Assembly (NCBI GenBank): GCA_963805855.1
Contig: CAWDVW010000004.1
Span: 1-64,000, forward strand
DNA from: Candidatus Dadabacteria bacterium
Lineage (GTDB): Bacteria; Desulfobacterota_D; UBA1144; Nemesobacterales; CSP1-2
Direction: 5' to 3'
Length of the DNA: 64,000 nucleotides
Shown here: positions 28,792-38,501 of the stretch, piece after piece
How the letters are laid out: every line of letters begins with the position of its first letter
Position numbering within the stretch: position 1 is the first letter of the stretch
Notes under the pieces: model-generated
Database searches by the model: none
What the model saw: the letters and a program-made list of their open reading frames with translations, nothing else
What the model was told of the DNA's origin: nothing
Position numbers and translations under genes: made by a program

Positions 28792-31174
28792 ATGAAGACA
28801 AAAGCTCTTTCCCCGGAACTGCTCCACAAGATGGATGCGTACTGGCGGGCCGCCAACTATCTGTCGGTGGGGCAGATTTATCTCTACGACAATCCGCTGC
28901 TGAAGCGGCCGCTGACGCTCGCGGATGTGAAGCAGATGTTGCTGGGACACTGGGGCACGACCCCCGGGCAGAACTTCATTTACGCGCACCTGAACCGGGT
29001 GATCAAGAAATATGACCTCGACATGATTTACGTCTCCGGCCCCGGGCACGGCGGTCCGGCCGTTGTGGGCAACACGTATCTCGAGGGTACGTACAGCGAG
29101 GTCTATCCCGACATCAGCCAGGATGAGGCCGGTCTTAAGAAGCTCTTTACGCAGTTTTCGTTTCCCGGAGGCATTCCCAGCCACGCCTCGCCGGAGTGCC
29201 CGGGCTCGATTCACGAGGGCGGCGAGCTGGGTTATTCGCTCAGCCATGCGTTCGGGGCGGTGTTGGACAATCCCGATCTCGTCGTCGCCTGCGTCGTCGG
29301 CGATGGCGAGGCGGAAACAGGACCGCTGGCCACCGCATGGCATTCCAACAAGTTTCTCAATACGGCCACCGACGGCGCGGTGCTGCCGATCCTGCATCTC
29401 AACGGCTACAAGATTGCCAACCCGACAATCCTCGCGCGCATCACCCGCGAAGAATTGGAACAGTTGCTGCGTGGCTACGGCTGGACGCCTCTATTCGTCG
29501 AGGGTCACGAGCCCGAGCTGATGCACGAGGCGATGGCTGCGACACTCGACACGGCCGTCGAGCAAATCAAAGCAATCCAGCAGGACGCCCGCGTTCACGG
29601 CAACCTCACCCGTCCGCGCTGGCCGATGATCGTGCTCAACTCGCCCAAGGGCTGGACGGGGCCGAAGGTGGTCGATGGCCTGAAGGTGGAAGGCACCTTC
29701 CGTTCGCACCAGGTGCCGCTCCACCCGGCCGCCAATCCCGAACACCTCAAGCTGTTGGAAGACTGGCTGAAGAGCTACCGGCCGGAGGAACTCTTCGATG
29801 AGCAGGGCCAACTGAAACCGGAACTGGCGGAGCTTGCGCCCAAGGGCGAACGACGCATGGGCGCGAATCCCCATGCCAACGGCGGCATTCTGCTCCGGGA
29901 CCTGCGCGTCCCGGATTTCCGCGAGTACGCGGAGGACGTGCCCTCGCCGGGGGTGCGCGGCATCGGCGACACACATGTGCTCGGGCGTTTCCTGCGCGAT
30001 GTGGTGAAGCTCAATAGTGAGCAGCGGAACTTCCGGGTCTTCGGACCTGACGAAACGCTCTCCAACGGCCTGGAAGCCCTGTTTGAAGTAACCGAACGCC
30101 AATGGGATGCCGCGATCGTGCCGAAGGACGAATTTCTCGCGCCCACCGGACGCGTGCTGGACTCGATGCTCAGCGAGCACCAATGCGAGGGCTGGCTCGA
30201 GGGCTATCTGCTCACCGGGCGGCATGGACTCTTCAACTGCTACGAGGCGTTCATCCACATCATTGATTCGATGTTCAACCAGCACGCCAAGTGGCTGGAG
30301 GTCACAGCGCACCTGCCGTGGCGGCGGAAGATCGCCTCGCTGAACTACCTGCTGGCCTCCCATGTCTGGCGCCAGGATCACAACGGCTTCACGCACCAGG
30401 ATCCCGGTTTCATCAACCACGTCATGACCAAGAAGGCCGAGGTCGTGCGGGTTTACCTCCCCGGATGCCAATTGCCTGCTGTCGGTGATGGACCACTGCC
30501 TGCGCAGCCGCCATTACGTCAACGTCGTGATCGCGGGCAAACACCCGGCGCCGCAGTGGCTGACGATGGACGCCGCCCTCACGCACTGCACCGAGGGCAT
30601 CGGCATCTGGCAGTGGGCCAGCAACGACCAGGGCGTTGCACCCGACGTGGTCATGGCCTGCTGTGGCGACGTGCCCACGCTGGAGACGCTCGCCGCCGTC
30701 TCCATTATGCGCGAGCATCTGCCCGACCTGAAAATCCGAGTGATCAACGTCGTTGACCTGATGAAGCTGCAGCCGCAAACCGAGCACCCGCACGGCTTGA
30801 GCGACATGGATTTTGACGAGCTCTTCACCAAGGACAAGCCGGTCATCTTCGCCTTCCATGCCTACCCGTGGTTGATCCACCGGCTAACCTACCGCCGCAC
30901 CAATCACGATAACATCCACGTCCGAGGCTACAAGGAAGAGGGCACCATCACCACGCCCTTCGACATGACGGTGCTGAACGATCTGGACCGCTTCCACCTC
31001 GTGATGGACACCATCGACCGCCTGCCGCAGACCGGCGACAAGGGCATCTACCTGAAGCAGCAGCTCAAGGACAAGCTCATCGAGCACAAGCAATACATCG
31101 ACAAGCACGGCCAAGACATGCCGGAAATACGCAACTGGAAATGGAGTATGGACACTGCCAATAAGCGTGTGTGA
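28792..31174 (+). CDS. xfp: Xylulose-5-P/fructose-6-P phosphoketolase (frameshift in C-run ~30460)
   Basis: [39 protein letters not shown] and [14 protein letters not shown] motifs; the C-terminal part continues in ORF 30485-31174. Confidence 0.95.
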
Positions 31175-31239
31175 ACTCCGTCATGCGCTGAGACTGCAAT
31201 TTATCACGCTCAAATGTGGAGAATGTAAAAGGAGGACAT

Positions 31240-31611
31240 ATGATTTCAAAGATTCTTGTTCCGACAGACGGGTTCAATGCAGCGCATAAGTCAGCAAGTT
31301 ATGCGGTTGACCTCGCAAGGCATTTGAAAGCCCCGGGAATTGTCCTGAGCGTTATTGATGAGCGCTCATTTGTGGGCCAGACAGTTCCTGCTGCGAAGAC
31401 GGCAGGACATTTAATAGAGCCTGTCGAGGATTATCTTAGAGAGGTAGCCGAAGGGTATGCCGGAGAAATAAAGAAGCTCTGCGATAAAAATGCAGTCCAA
31501 TCAAAGATTGTTATAACGGCAGGTCACCCTGTTGAGGATATTGCGAAAGAGGCTGTGAGGCCAAAGGTAAATCTGATTAGGGCATTAGACGTTTCACGAA
31601 GAGTGTTGTAG
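31240..31611 (+). pseudogene. Universal stress protein, C-terminally truncated
   Basis: KILVPTDG..GHPVEDI..NLI, but lacks the (V)MGSxG..GSV ATP-binding segment. Confidence 0.75.
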
Positions 31612-31689
31612 TGATAATGGCTAATGGTTAAATGGTTTTCAAGCAATTTTAGCTTGTCAAAAATTAGGCGTATTTTTTGTAAATGTTAA

Positions 31690-31847
31690 AGGGGACGTTC
31701 ACCGTCCACTTGTCCCTTCTTATCGAGAGCTCAATCGGGCCTAGCCTGGCCTCATGAGTCTCCTTGTCATAGCTGAAACTGGCATACACCAGCCCCCGTC
31801 ACGCCGGCCACGACCAGCACAATTTCCACAATCTTGACTGTGCTAAT
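31690..31847 (-). pseudogene. Remnant of a small two-TM stress-associated membrane protein
   Basis: (ATT)STVKIVEIVLVVAGV/GLVYASFSYDKETHEARLGPIELSIRRDKWTVNVP; no start codon, one frameshift, truncated. Confidence 0.6.
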
Positions 31848-31918
31848 TTCGTCTCATCCTCTCTATTTCTTTCTCTCTAGAGCAGGATATTCAGATTCAG
31901 AATTCAGATAACGGGCGC

Positions 31919-32368
31919 TCAGTAACGCAAGCTGATCGTCTTATCTAGGTTTTGCCCATCGTACGAGAAGCTGGCGGCAGAGAACGAAGGCGCGCCTAGC
32001 AAGCCTTTTGCATCGTTTGAAAAACCGTAGCCTTCCTTTGGGATCCCCAGCCATTTGGTGTCAAGCTTGCCGTTCATATTCTCATCATGAATGACGACAA
32101 GCGCATATGTTCCCGGCGGGATATCTACAAAGTCGCAACGCGCCTCCTTACCCCGAATTTTTATTACCACGACATTGGTCGCATTGTGCAGAAACTCTCT
32201 AGGGAAACCATCTGGCGATTCGAAAAGCGCGCAAGCTATGTTTCCAGTGCTGTTTCTAATGTTCAGAACCTTCACGTGAATGATGGGGGGTGAAGATTGT
32301 GCCAAGGCGACGGCGGTAAGATTCGTAAGCACCAACACTGCAAACAATACTATGTGCCGAACTCCCAT
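31919..32368 (-). CDS. DUF2141 family protein
   Basis: PGTYA..VIHDEN.NGKLD..LGIPKEGYGFSND..GAPSF motif; signal peptide. Confidence 0.92.
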   Translation of the reverse strand: MGVRHIVLFAVLVLTNLTAVALAQSSPPIIHVKVLNIRNSTGNIACALFESPDGFPREFLHNATNVVVIKIRGKEARCDFVDIPPGTYALVVIHDENMNGKLDTKWLGIPKEGYGFSNDAKGLLGAPSFSAASFSYDGQNLDKTISLRY

Positions 32369-32674
32369 CGCGGAACTGTCTCGAAGCAGCCCTTACAGCG
32401 TTTACCCGTTTACTGTAAATTCTGCTTAAGTTGACAACATCCCTCCTAAGCTATAATGCTCTGATTCATACTATATGAGGACTAATCTATCATAACATAC
32501 GGATCACTAGCACAATAATAACTATTATTACTATAGTACCCACAATTCCATATCCTAACATCTGACTCTCCTTATATCCGGATTCGACCCCTGTTGCCAC
32601 ACTTTGGGTCTCACATTCTAAGACCTGAGTGTCTTAGCAACCACATTCATCCCATAGAGATGCCTTGCTCTCTG

Positions 32675-32768
32675 CTAGGCTTGGTAGGCCATGCGGCGGA
32701 CCGCATGATAGAGCACCAAAAGAACCACTGCGCCACCTACGGCTACACTACCAAGCTATAAATGACAT
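32675..32768 (-). pseudogene. GlsB/YeaQ/YmgE (transglycosylase-associated) gene collapsed to its termini
   Basis: GGAGG RBS, then MSFIAW joined out of frame to VAVGGAVVLLVLYHAVRR..stop. Confidence 0.65.
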
Positions 32769-32803
32769 TCCTACCTCCGTTTTTCGGTTGAATTTTAATA
32801 TAA

Positions 32804-32890
32804 TCTATAGCATATTTAAAAAGCAGTGTCAATAGGTATTTTAATAAATATTATTAATATCTTGACATATTTATTCAAAATAAATAAAAT
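32804..32890. promoter_or_regulatory. Back-to-back sigma-70 promoters
   Basis: Plus strand TTGACA(32862)-17-TAAAAT(32885); minus strand TTGACA(32832)-17-TATAGA. Confidence 0.65.
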
Positions 32891-32933
32891 ATATATTAAA
32901 ATACTTGAGTCTGAAGAGGAGATTATCGAGAAG

Positions 32934-33179
32934 ATAGGCAAGATAAAGTGTCATTTATCAAGAATCCTTGGAGAGCGACGAATATCTCAAGTGGAGCTTG
33001 CTAGGAAAAGCGGGCTCTCTACTTACACAATAAACAAGTATTACCATGAGAAGTGGAAAGGAATTGATGAAGCAACCCTAGTGAAGTTTTGTGGGGCTTT
33101 AAAAGTGCAAGTAGGGGAGTTATTTGAGTATCTAGATAATCGCGATGATACTGGACATCGTGCTTCTCCAAACAGGTAA
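32934..33179 (+). CDS. XRE/Cro-C1 family HTH transcriptional regulator (start uncertain)
   Basis: IKCHLSRILGERRISQVELARKSGLS..TI...C.AL.VQVGELFEY. No ATG downstream of the promoter/RBS; ATA or ATT only. Confidence 0.75.
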   Translation: MGKIKCHLSRILGERRISQVELARKSGLSTYTINKYYHEKWKGIDEATLVKFCGALKVQVGELFEYLDNRDDTGHRASPNR

Positions 33180-33352
33180 TGAACAGCGCATGAACAAAGG
33201 GACGCGTTGTGCTAGGAGTGTACGGCCGCGTCCGGGATTTTCGGATTCAACCCGCCGCCAATTTCGTTCCATCTGCTTATAGGAATGATTATTATGGCTT
33301 ACATTATCACAGCGGAAATGACTAAGGTAATTTTTTACAGGCAGGTGAAATT

Positions 33353-34828
33353 ATGACGGATACAGACGACAGACGACACCGGTCTATCTTACAAAGAATT
33401 GCGCGTCGGGCGATGCTTGAAAGAGGACTTCTTCCCGATTTCCCACTTCAGGTACTCGCCGAGCTCGACAGAATCCACGGGCCTGCGACACAAGTTGAAG
33501 AATCCACGCGTGATCTCAGAAACCTTATCTGGTGCTCTATAGACAACGACGCTTCGCGTGATTTGGACCAGCTTGCCGTTGCCGAAACCATGCCCGACGG
33601 GGCCGTAAAGATACTTGTCGCCATTGCCGATGTAGACGCTGTCGTCAGGAAGCAGTCAGCAGTTGACGATCACGCCCGGCGGAACACCACCTCGGTATAC
33701 ACCGCCGCCGGGATATTTCCGATGCTTCCCGAGAAACTCTCGACCGATCTTACCTCTCTCAACTATGAATCAGACCGCCTTGCCATCGTCATTGAAATGG
33801 TCATCGCCGGGGATGGATCGCTTCGGGCTTCGAACCTCTATGGAGCGACAGTCCGCAATCATGCAAAGCTTGCTTACAACAGCGTTGGCGGCTGGCTGGA
33901 GGGTAACGGGCCGATGCCGCAAGGGATCAGAGCGGTCAACGGTCTTGACGAGAACCTCCAGCTCCAAGACCGCGTGGCCCAAAAGCTAAAGGCCCTCCGG
34001 CACGCGCATGGTGCGCTTGATCTCGAAACAATAGAAGCACGTCCGGTATTTGATGGAGATGATCTCAAGGACTTTGAAGCCGAAAGAAAGAACAGGGCCA
34101 AAGATCTTATTGAGGACTTCATGATCGCTGCAAACGGCGTTACCGCACGGTACCTCGCGTCCGAAATGTTTCCGTCGCTGAGGCGCGTTGTCCGCAAACC
34201 CAAACGCTGGGACCGAATCATCGAGATTGCTTCAGAGCGAGGCCTTACGCTGCCGCAGGAGCCCGACTCAAACGCGCTGGAGGAATTCCTGGTATTGGCG
34301 AAAGCCGCCGATCCTCTCCGCTTTCCCGATCTTTCACTTAGCGTCATCAAGCTGATGGGCGCCGGTGAATACGTCGTCGAACTTCCGGGAGACAGCGCAG
34401 CCGGGCACTTCGGTCTTGCGGTCAGTGATTATAGTCACTCTACAGCCCCGAATCGCCGATATCCCGATCTGATCACAGAGCGGTTGCTGAAAGCGGCGAT
34501 GGCGAGACGTTCCCCGCCCTATGAGAACGATGAATTGGAGGCACTCGCAAAGCATTGCACCGAAGAGGAGGACGCAGCAAGGAAGGTCGAACGGCAGGTC
34601 GGAAAATCCGCAGCAGCAATGCTGTTGGAATCAAGGATCGGAGAGCGGTTCGATACCATCGTTACTGGTGCATCTGACAAGGGCACGTGGGTCCGTCTTC
34701 TGCACCCGCCCATTGAAGGTAGACTGGTGAGCGGTTTTGAAGGCCTGGATGTCGGTTACAGACTCCGCGTGCAGCTGATCCGCACGGATGTGGAGCGCGG
34801 ATATATCGACTTTAAGAGGGTGGGGTAA
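33353..34828 (+). CDS. RNB-domain ribonuclease (RNase II/R family, short form)
   Basis: SIDNDASRDLDQ, LIEDFMIAAN and HFGLA..YSHSTAPNRRYPDL motifs; C-terminal S1-like region. Confidence 0.92.
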   Translation: MTDTDDRRHRSILQRIARRAMLERGLLPDFPLQVLAELDRIHGPATQVEESTRDLRNLIWCSIDNDASRDLDQLAVAETMPDGAVKILVAIADVDAVVRKQSAVDDHARRNTTSVYTAAGIFPMLPEKLSTDLTSLNYESDRLAIVIEMVIAGDGSLRASNLYGATVRNHAKLAYNSVGGWLEGNGPMPQGIRAVNGLDENLQLQDRVAQKLKALRHAHGALDLETIEARPVFDGDDLKDFEAERKNRAKDLIEDFMIAANGVTARYLASEMFPSLRRVVRKPKRWDRIIEIASERGLTLPQEPDSNALEEFLVLAKAADPLRFPDLSLSVIKLMGAGEYVVELPGDSAAGHFGLAVSDYSHSTAPNRRYPDLITERLLKAAMARRSPPYENDELEALAKHCTEEEDAARKVERQVGKSAAAMLLESRIGERFDTIVTGASDKGTWVRLLHPPIEGRLVSGFEGLDVGYRLRVQLIRTDVERGYIDFKRVG

Positions 34829-35399
34829 GGAACACTGTTTCTGGGGTCATGAATAAATGAGTTGTTTTTCTCTTTGTTGTTCTTCCCCGCCATTTTTTAA
34901 ATTATTTTCATTTGTTTCCTTCGCACGAACTTCATTTTGTTTTGTCTTCTTCTTTCTTTTGATCAAATTACCCTAGTTCTTCAAGAATAGCGGTTATTAG
35001 CACTGGGTCACACATGGGAATGTGCTTATTATTATATTGTAGATTCAGGCAACGAGTCAAATCTTGAGTTAATATATTAATGACCTTCTGATATCTATCT
35101 CAAGCCGTTTTTAATTATCTATGTGGAAATTAAAGCTATCGAGTAAAATCCTATACTTATACCAATTCCTATTCAACATTTCTTTATCCTCCGCAATCTT
35201 TAATATTTTCTAATCCCACCAATCTCGGTATATTCTATTATCCTCATACACTCCTAGAGTAAGGATTGTGGTCCGTTCTTTCTAATCCGGGACATCGATT
35301 CGTCGATTGATTCCGTTACCCGAGTCTGTCCAAATTTATAATTTTGAAATGAAGCAGTATTAAATTTTTATATAACATCGAGACTTGACCCGTGAGGTT

Positions 35400-35660
35400 T
35401 CTTTGTTAATGGTGCTAATGTAGCTCATTTTCATTTAGTGATGCTTGCATACAATTTGTTGAATTTATTTAAGTAAGATGTGTTAGGACAAAGGATAAGA
35501 AGCGAATGGGAAAGTGGATAAGACAGAGGATTTTCTTGATAGCCGGAAAACTCATTAAGAGTGGTAGGAAGTTTATTTTAAAGCCTCAAGAGGATTGGGC
35601 ATACAAGTGAGGAGTATAATGGGGCAGAGAGAAGGCTTGGGGCGATTGTCTGGATTACAT
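35400..35660 (+). mobile_element. IS1380-family transposase C-terminal remnant
   Basis: GANVAHFHLVMLAYNLLNLFK..KWIRQRIFLIAGKLIKSGRKFILK with stops and frameshifts; overlaps in protein sequence with the end of the 11190-11445 fragment. Confidence 0.7.
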
Positions 35661-35933
35661 AGCAGAAAGATAGGAAATGAATGGATAAACCACAATGAAA
35701 GAGTGAGAAAAGTACTTAGAAGGCGAGGTTTACTCGAGTAACAAGATGGGTGTGGGGACTAGTTAAATTTAAGGCTATGCTTGAAGGAAAAAAGATTTGT
35801 TTGCGAAGAAATATGCAGTCAGAGAGGAAAGTCTCCTTGACTTGAGCTTATGTTTGCGAGAAAATGGAAAAAGAAAAGGTTTATGTGTAAAATGGGTTTA
35901 AATTTGTTATACTGATCTCCACAGGAGAAAACT

Positions 35934-37463
35934 ATAAGAAAGCTACGTATCGGAATCATTGAACTCGTCACCAACGCACCTACTCGTTCTTTGTGGGCGC
36001 GTGTCATGTATGCCAATTTCGCAAATATCATGCCACAGGCGATAGCCGTATGGTGCGAAGAAGAAGGTCATGATGTCAAATACCTGTGTTACAGGGGATT
36101 TGAAAACTTAGCAGATGAATTTCAAGATCACTACGACATTGTCTTCATTGGAGCTTATACTCAATGTGCTCAACTGGCTTATGCTCTGAGCAACCTCCTA
36201 CGATCGAAAGGGGCAGTCACTGCGCTCGGCGGACCTCATGCACGCAGCTACCCACAGGATGCGTTAAGATACTTTGACTACGTCTTTGGATTAACTGATA
36301 GGGATGCTATTCGTGATGTTTTACAGGATTCCTCACAGCACCGCCCAATCGGGGTGCACATTAAAGCCAAACAGCAACCCTCCACACTTCCTGGCGTACG
36401 CGAGCGTTGGAAGTTTATTGAGCAAAATCTTCATAACGCACCCGTTGTCAAGATTGTTCCGATGATAGGAAGTCTTGGTTGCCCGTACACCTGTAGCTTT
36501 TGTATAGACTCCGTAGTACCGTATCAGCAGCTTAGCCTGGAAATGATGAAGGAGGATCTGCGCTTCCTACTGCAGAAGTTCAAGAAGCCGCATGTTGGGT
36601 GGTTCGATCCAAACTTTGGTGTACGGTTTGACGAATGCATAGGTGCTATCGAGGAAGCGGCACCTCCCGGTAGTATTGATTTCTATGCAGAAAGCAGTCT
36701 CTCCTTGCTCTCTGAGCCGCACCTGAAGAGATTAAAACGAAATGGATTCAAGGTAATCATGCCCGGAATTGAGTCGTGGTACGAAATGGGCAACAAATCA
36801 AAGACAGGTAAGAAGGGCGGAATGGATAAAGTCCTGCAGGTCTCAGAGCACATCAACATGATCATGAGTTACATACCATACCTCCAGGCCAATTTTGTGT
36901 TCGGACTCGACGTAGACGAGGGACCAGAACCTTTTGAACTCACAAAACGATTTGTAGACATTGCTCAAGGGGCGTTCCCCGCGTATTCTATGCTCTCTGC
37001 CTTTGGAGAGTCAGCACCGCTCAATCTCGAGTACCAGCAGGCCAACCGGGTCCTACCGTTTCCATTCCACTTTCTGAACACACAACAGGCAATGAACGTG
37101 AAGCCGAGTAACTATTCATGGCCTGAGTTCTACAAGCATCTGATTGGCGTCACCGAGTACACGTATTCAAGGCGAGCGATAATCAATCGCTTCAGAGCGA
37201 TTAAACCCATCCTCTTGAGTTGTATGAACGTGTTGAGGGCATTACATGGTATTGGCCGTATCAAGTACCAATCGAGAGTGCTTCATCTGCTCAACAATGA
37301 TAGGCGTTTCAGGGCCTTTTTCGAACAGGAGACAACCGAAATTCCACAATTTTATGTGGACCGAGTGCGAAATGACCTGGGTCCGCTTTGGGAGTGGCTC
37401 CCCGAAGGTGCATTGTATCACCACCCTAACGCCTACCTTATATCACAAAAAGAAAGTAGCTAA
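35934..37463 (+). CDS. Radical SAM protein with N-terminal cobalamin-binding-like domain
   Basis: GGPHA and GCPYTCSFC (CxxxCxxC). The frame is open from ATA 35934 after an AGGAG RBS; the ORF track starts at TTG 35991. Confidence 0.88.
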   Translation: MRKLRIGIIELVTNAPTRSLWARVMYANFANIMPQAIAVWCEEEGHDVKYLCYRGFENLADEFQDHYDIVFIGAYTQCAQLAYALSNLLRSKGAVTALGGPHARSYPQDALRYFDYVFGLTDRDAIRDVLQDSSQHRPIGVHIKAKQQPSTLPGVRERWKFIEQNLHNAPVVKIVPMIGSLGCPYTCSFCIDSVVPYQQLSLEMMKEDLRFLLQKFKKPHVGWFDPNFGVRFDECIGAIEEAAPPGSIDFYAESSLSLLSEPHLKRLKRNGFKVIMPGIESWYEMGNKSKTGKKGGMDKVLQVSEHINMIMSYIPYLQANFVFGLDVDEGPEPFELTKRFVDIAQGAFPAYSMLSAFGESAPLNLEYQQANRVLPFPFHFLNTQQAMNVKPSNYSWPEFYKHLIGVTEYTYSRRAIINRFRAIKPILLSCMNVLRALHGIGRIKYQSRVLHLLNNDRRFRAFFEQETTEIPQFYVDRVRNDLGPLWEWLPEGALYHHPNAYLISQKESS

Positions 37464-37878
37464 GTTCATCAAGTGACAATTCGGCTAGGAGACTACATGC
37501 CGCTTGAGCTTTAGGTGTCATACCTTGAAATAATGTATTTCTTTAGACTTAAAAATGGGGTCTTGCAGGTTAATCAACATCAGCCAAGAGCACAGTTTGA
37601 AAACTTGTTATCTGACTTTGATTTGATTGAACCAAACAAAGAATTTCTGTTTAACTGTACTCCTTTGTTTGGTAGTGGCTAGTAAAATTGTGGGAGAGAT
37701 GCCCTATTGGGTTTTTGCCAATCCTGGCACCCAAAAAATCATTCTGATTATCCCTAATCCAGGATAATATTTAATAACTTTCTATATTACATTTATAAAA
37801 ACTCGACCTCGGGCCTCGAACGGGTTATAAAGGGCGAATTCAAATAAAATGCTGCCGCAAAAAATATTTGTCTCTAGT

Positions 37879-38027
37879 TGTACTGCTCCACTTTTGTCAA
37901 GCTCGGATTAAGTTGAAATCGGAGAGAATGTAATCCTTCCTAGCCATTCTGAAGATCTTCTGTCTCTAGGGTTATTTGTCAAACAATCTAACTTATACTT
38001 TGGACCTCTCATAGGAGACGGAGACCA
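37879..38027. mobile_element. IS3-derived miniature element (MITE-like), copy 2
   Basis: Colinear with 16353-16500 over its whole length; TG...CA ends. Confidence 0.75.
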
Positions 38028-38304
38028 TTTTGCTTTTTCTAATACTTTCATATTGACTAGAAATTACATTTATCGTAACATCAAGTAAAATAGCGATTTG
38101 CAGCATAAAACACCTAATAGGGAATTATACTGCATTTTCGCAGGCTATTTAGTAGTCATACCGCATGTCAGGTGGTGCTTGGGGATGGGCAAGAAATTGG
38201 CTAGCGTGACACTAATCGATCTCATATGCTCACCTGTACAACCGAAGACGGGTTTTCGGCGATACAATCCGGTGCAAGTCATTTTCAACCAAGGAGAAAA
38301 AGAT

Positions 38305-38412
38305 ATGGGAGATAAGGGAAAAAAAGATAAAGGCAAAAGGGAACAACAGAAAAAGGCCCAGCTTAATCCAAAGGAAAAACGAAAACTGAAAAAGGAAAAG
38401 AAGAATAAATAA
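38305..38412 (+). CDS. 35-aa lysine-rich basic peptide
   Basis: AAGGAG RBS; MGDKGKKDKGKREQQKKAQLNPKEKRKLKKEKKNK. Confidence 0.7.
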   Translation: MGDKGKKDKGKREQQKKAQLNPKEKRKLKKEKKNK

Positions 38413-38501
38413 ATGCCTAGTGCTGTCCGGTGACCTTAAATCAACAAAGGAAGTTGTGTGCCAGTCGCTAGAAAAGACAATTCAAACGGTCACAAACCGT
38501 G

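Noticed and set aside
27587..30465. Homopolymer frameshifts in APC and xfp as phase variation or programmed frameshifting
   Set aside because: The runs are short and similar indels are scattered through unrelated genes; sequencing error or decay is simpler.
22006..31114. Many long overlapping or antisense ORFs (e.g. 23679-24953, 25643-27130, 28354-29397)
   Set aside because: Expected in GC-rich coding DNA with few off-frame stops; no recognisable motifs.
31689..31718. GGGGAC...GTCCC inverted repeat as a second REP copy
   Set aside because: It is short and imperfect, and is explained as coding sequence (DKWTVNVP) of the minus-strand pseudogene.
32826..33179. Prophage inferred from the XRE regulator and the nuclease
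   Set aside because: No integrase, terminase, structural or replication genes are present in the window.
34830..35400. Long AT-rich gap as a hidden gene or ncRNA
   Set aside because: No coherent ORF, repeat or stable structure was recognised; it is probably eroded sequence.
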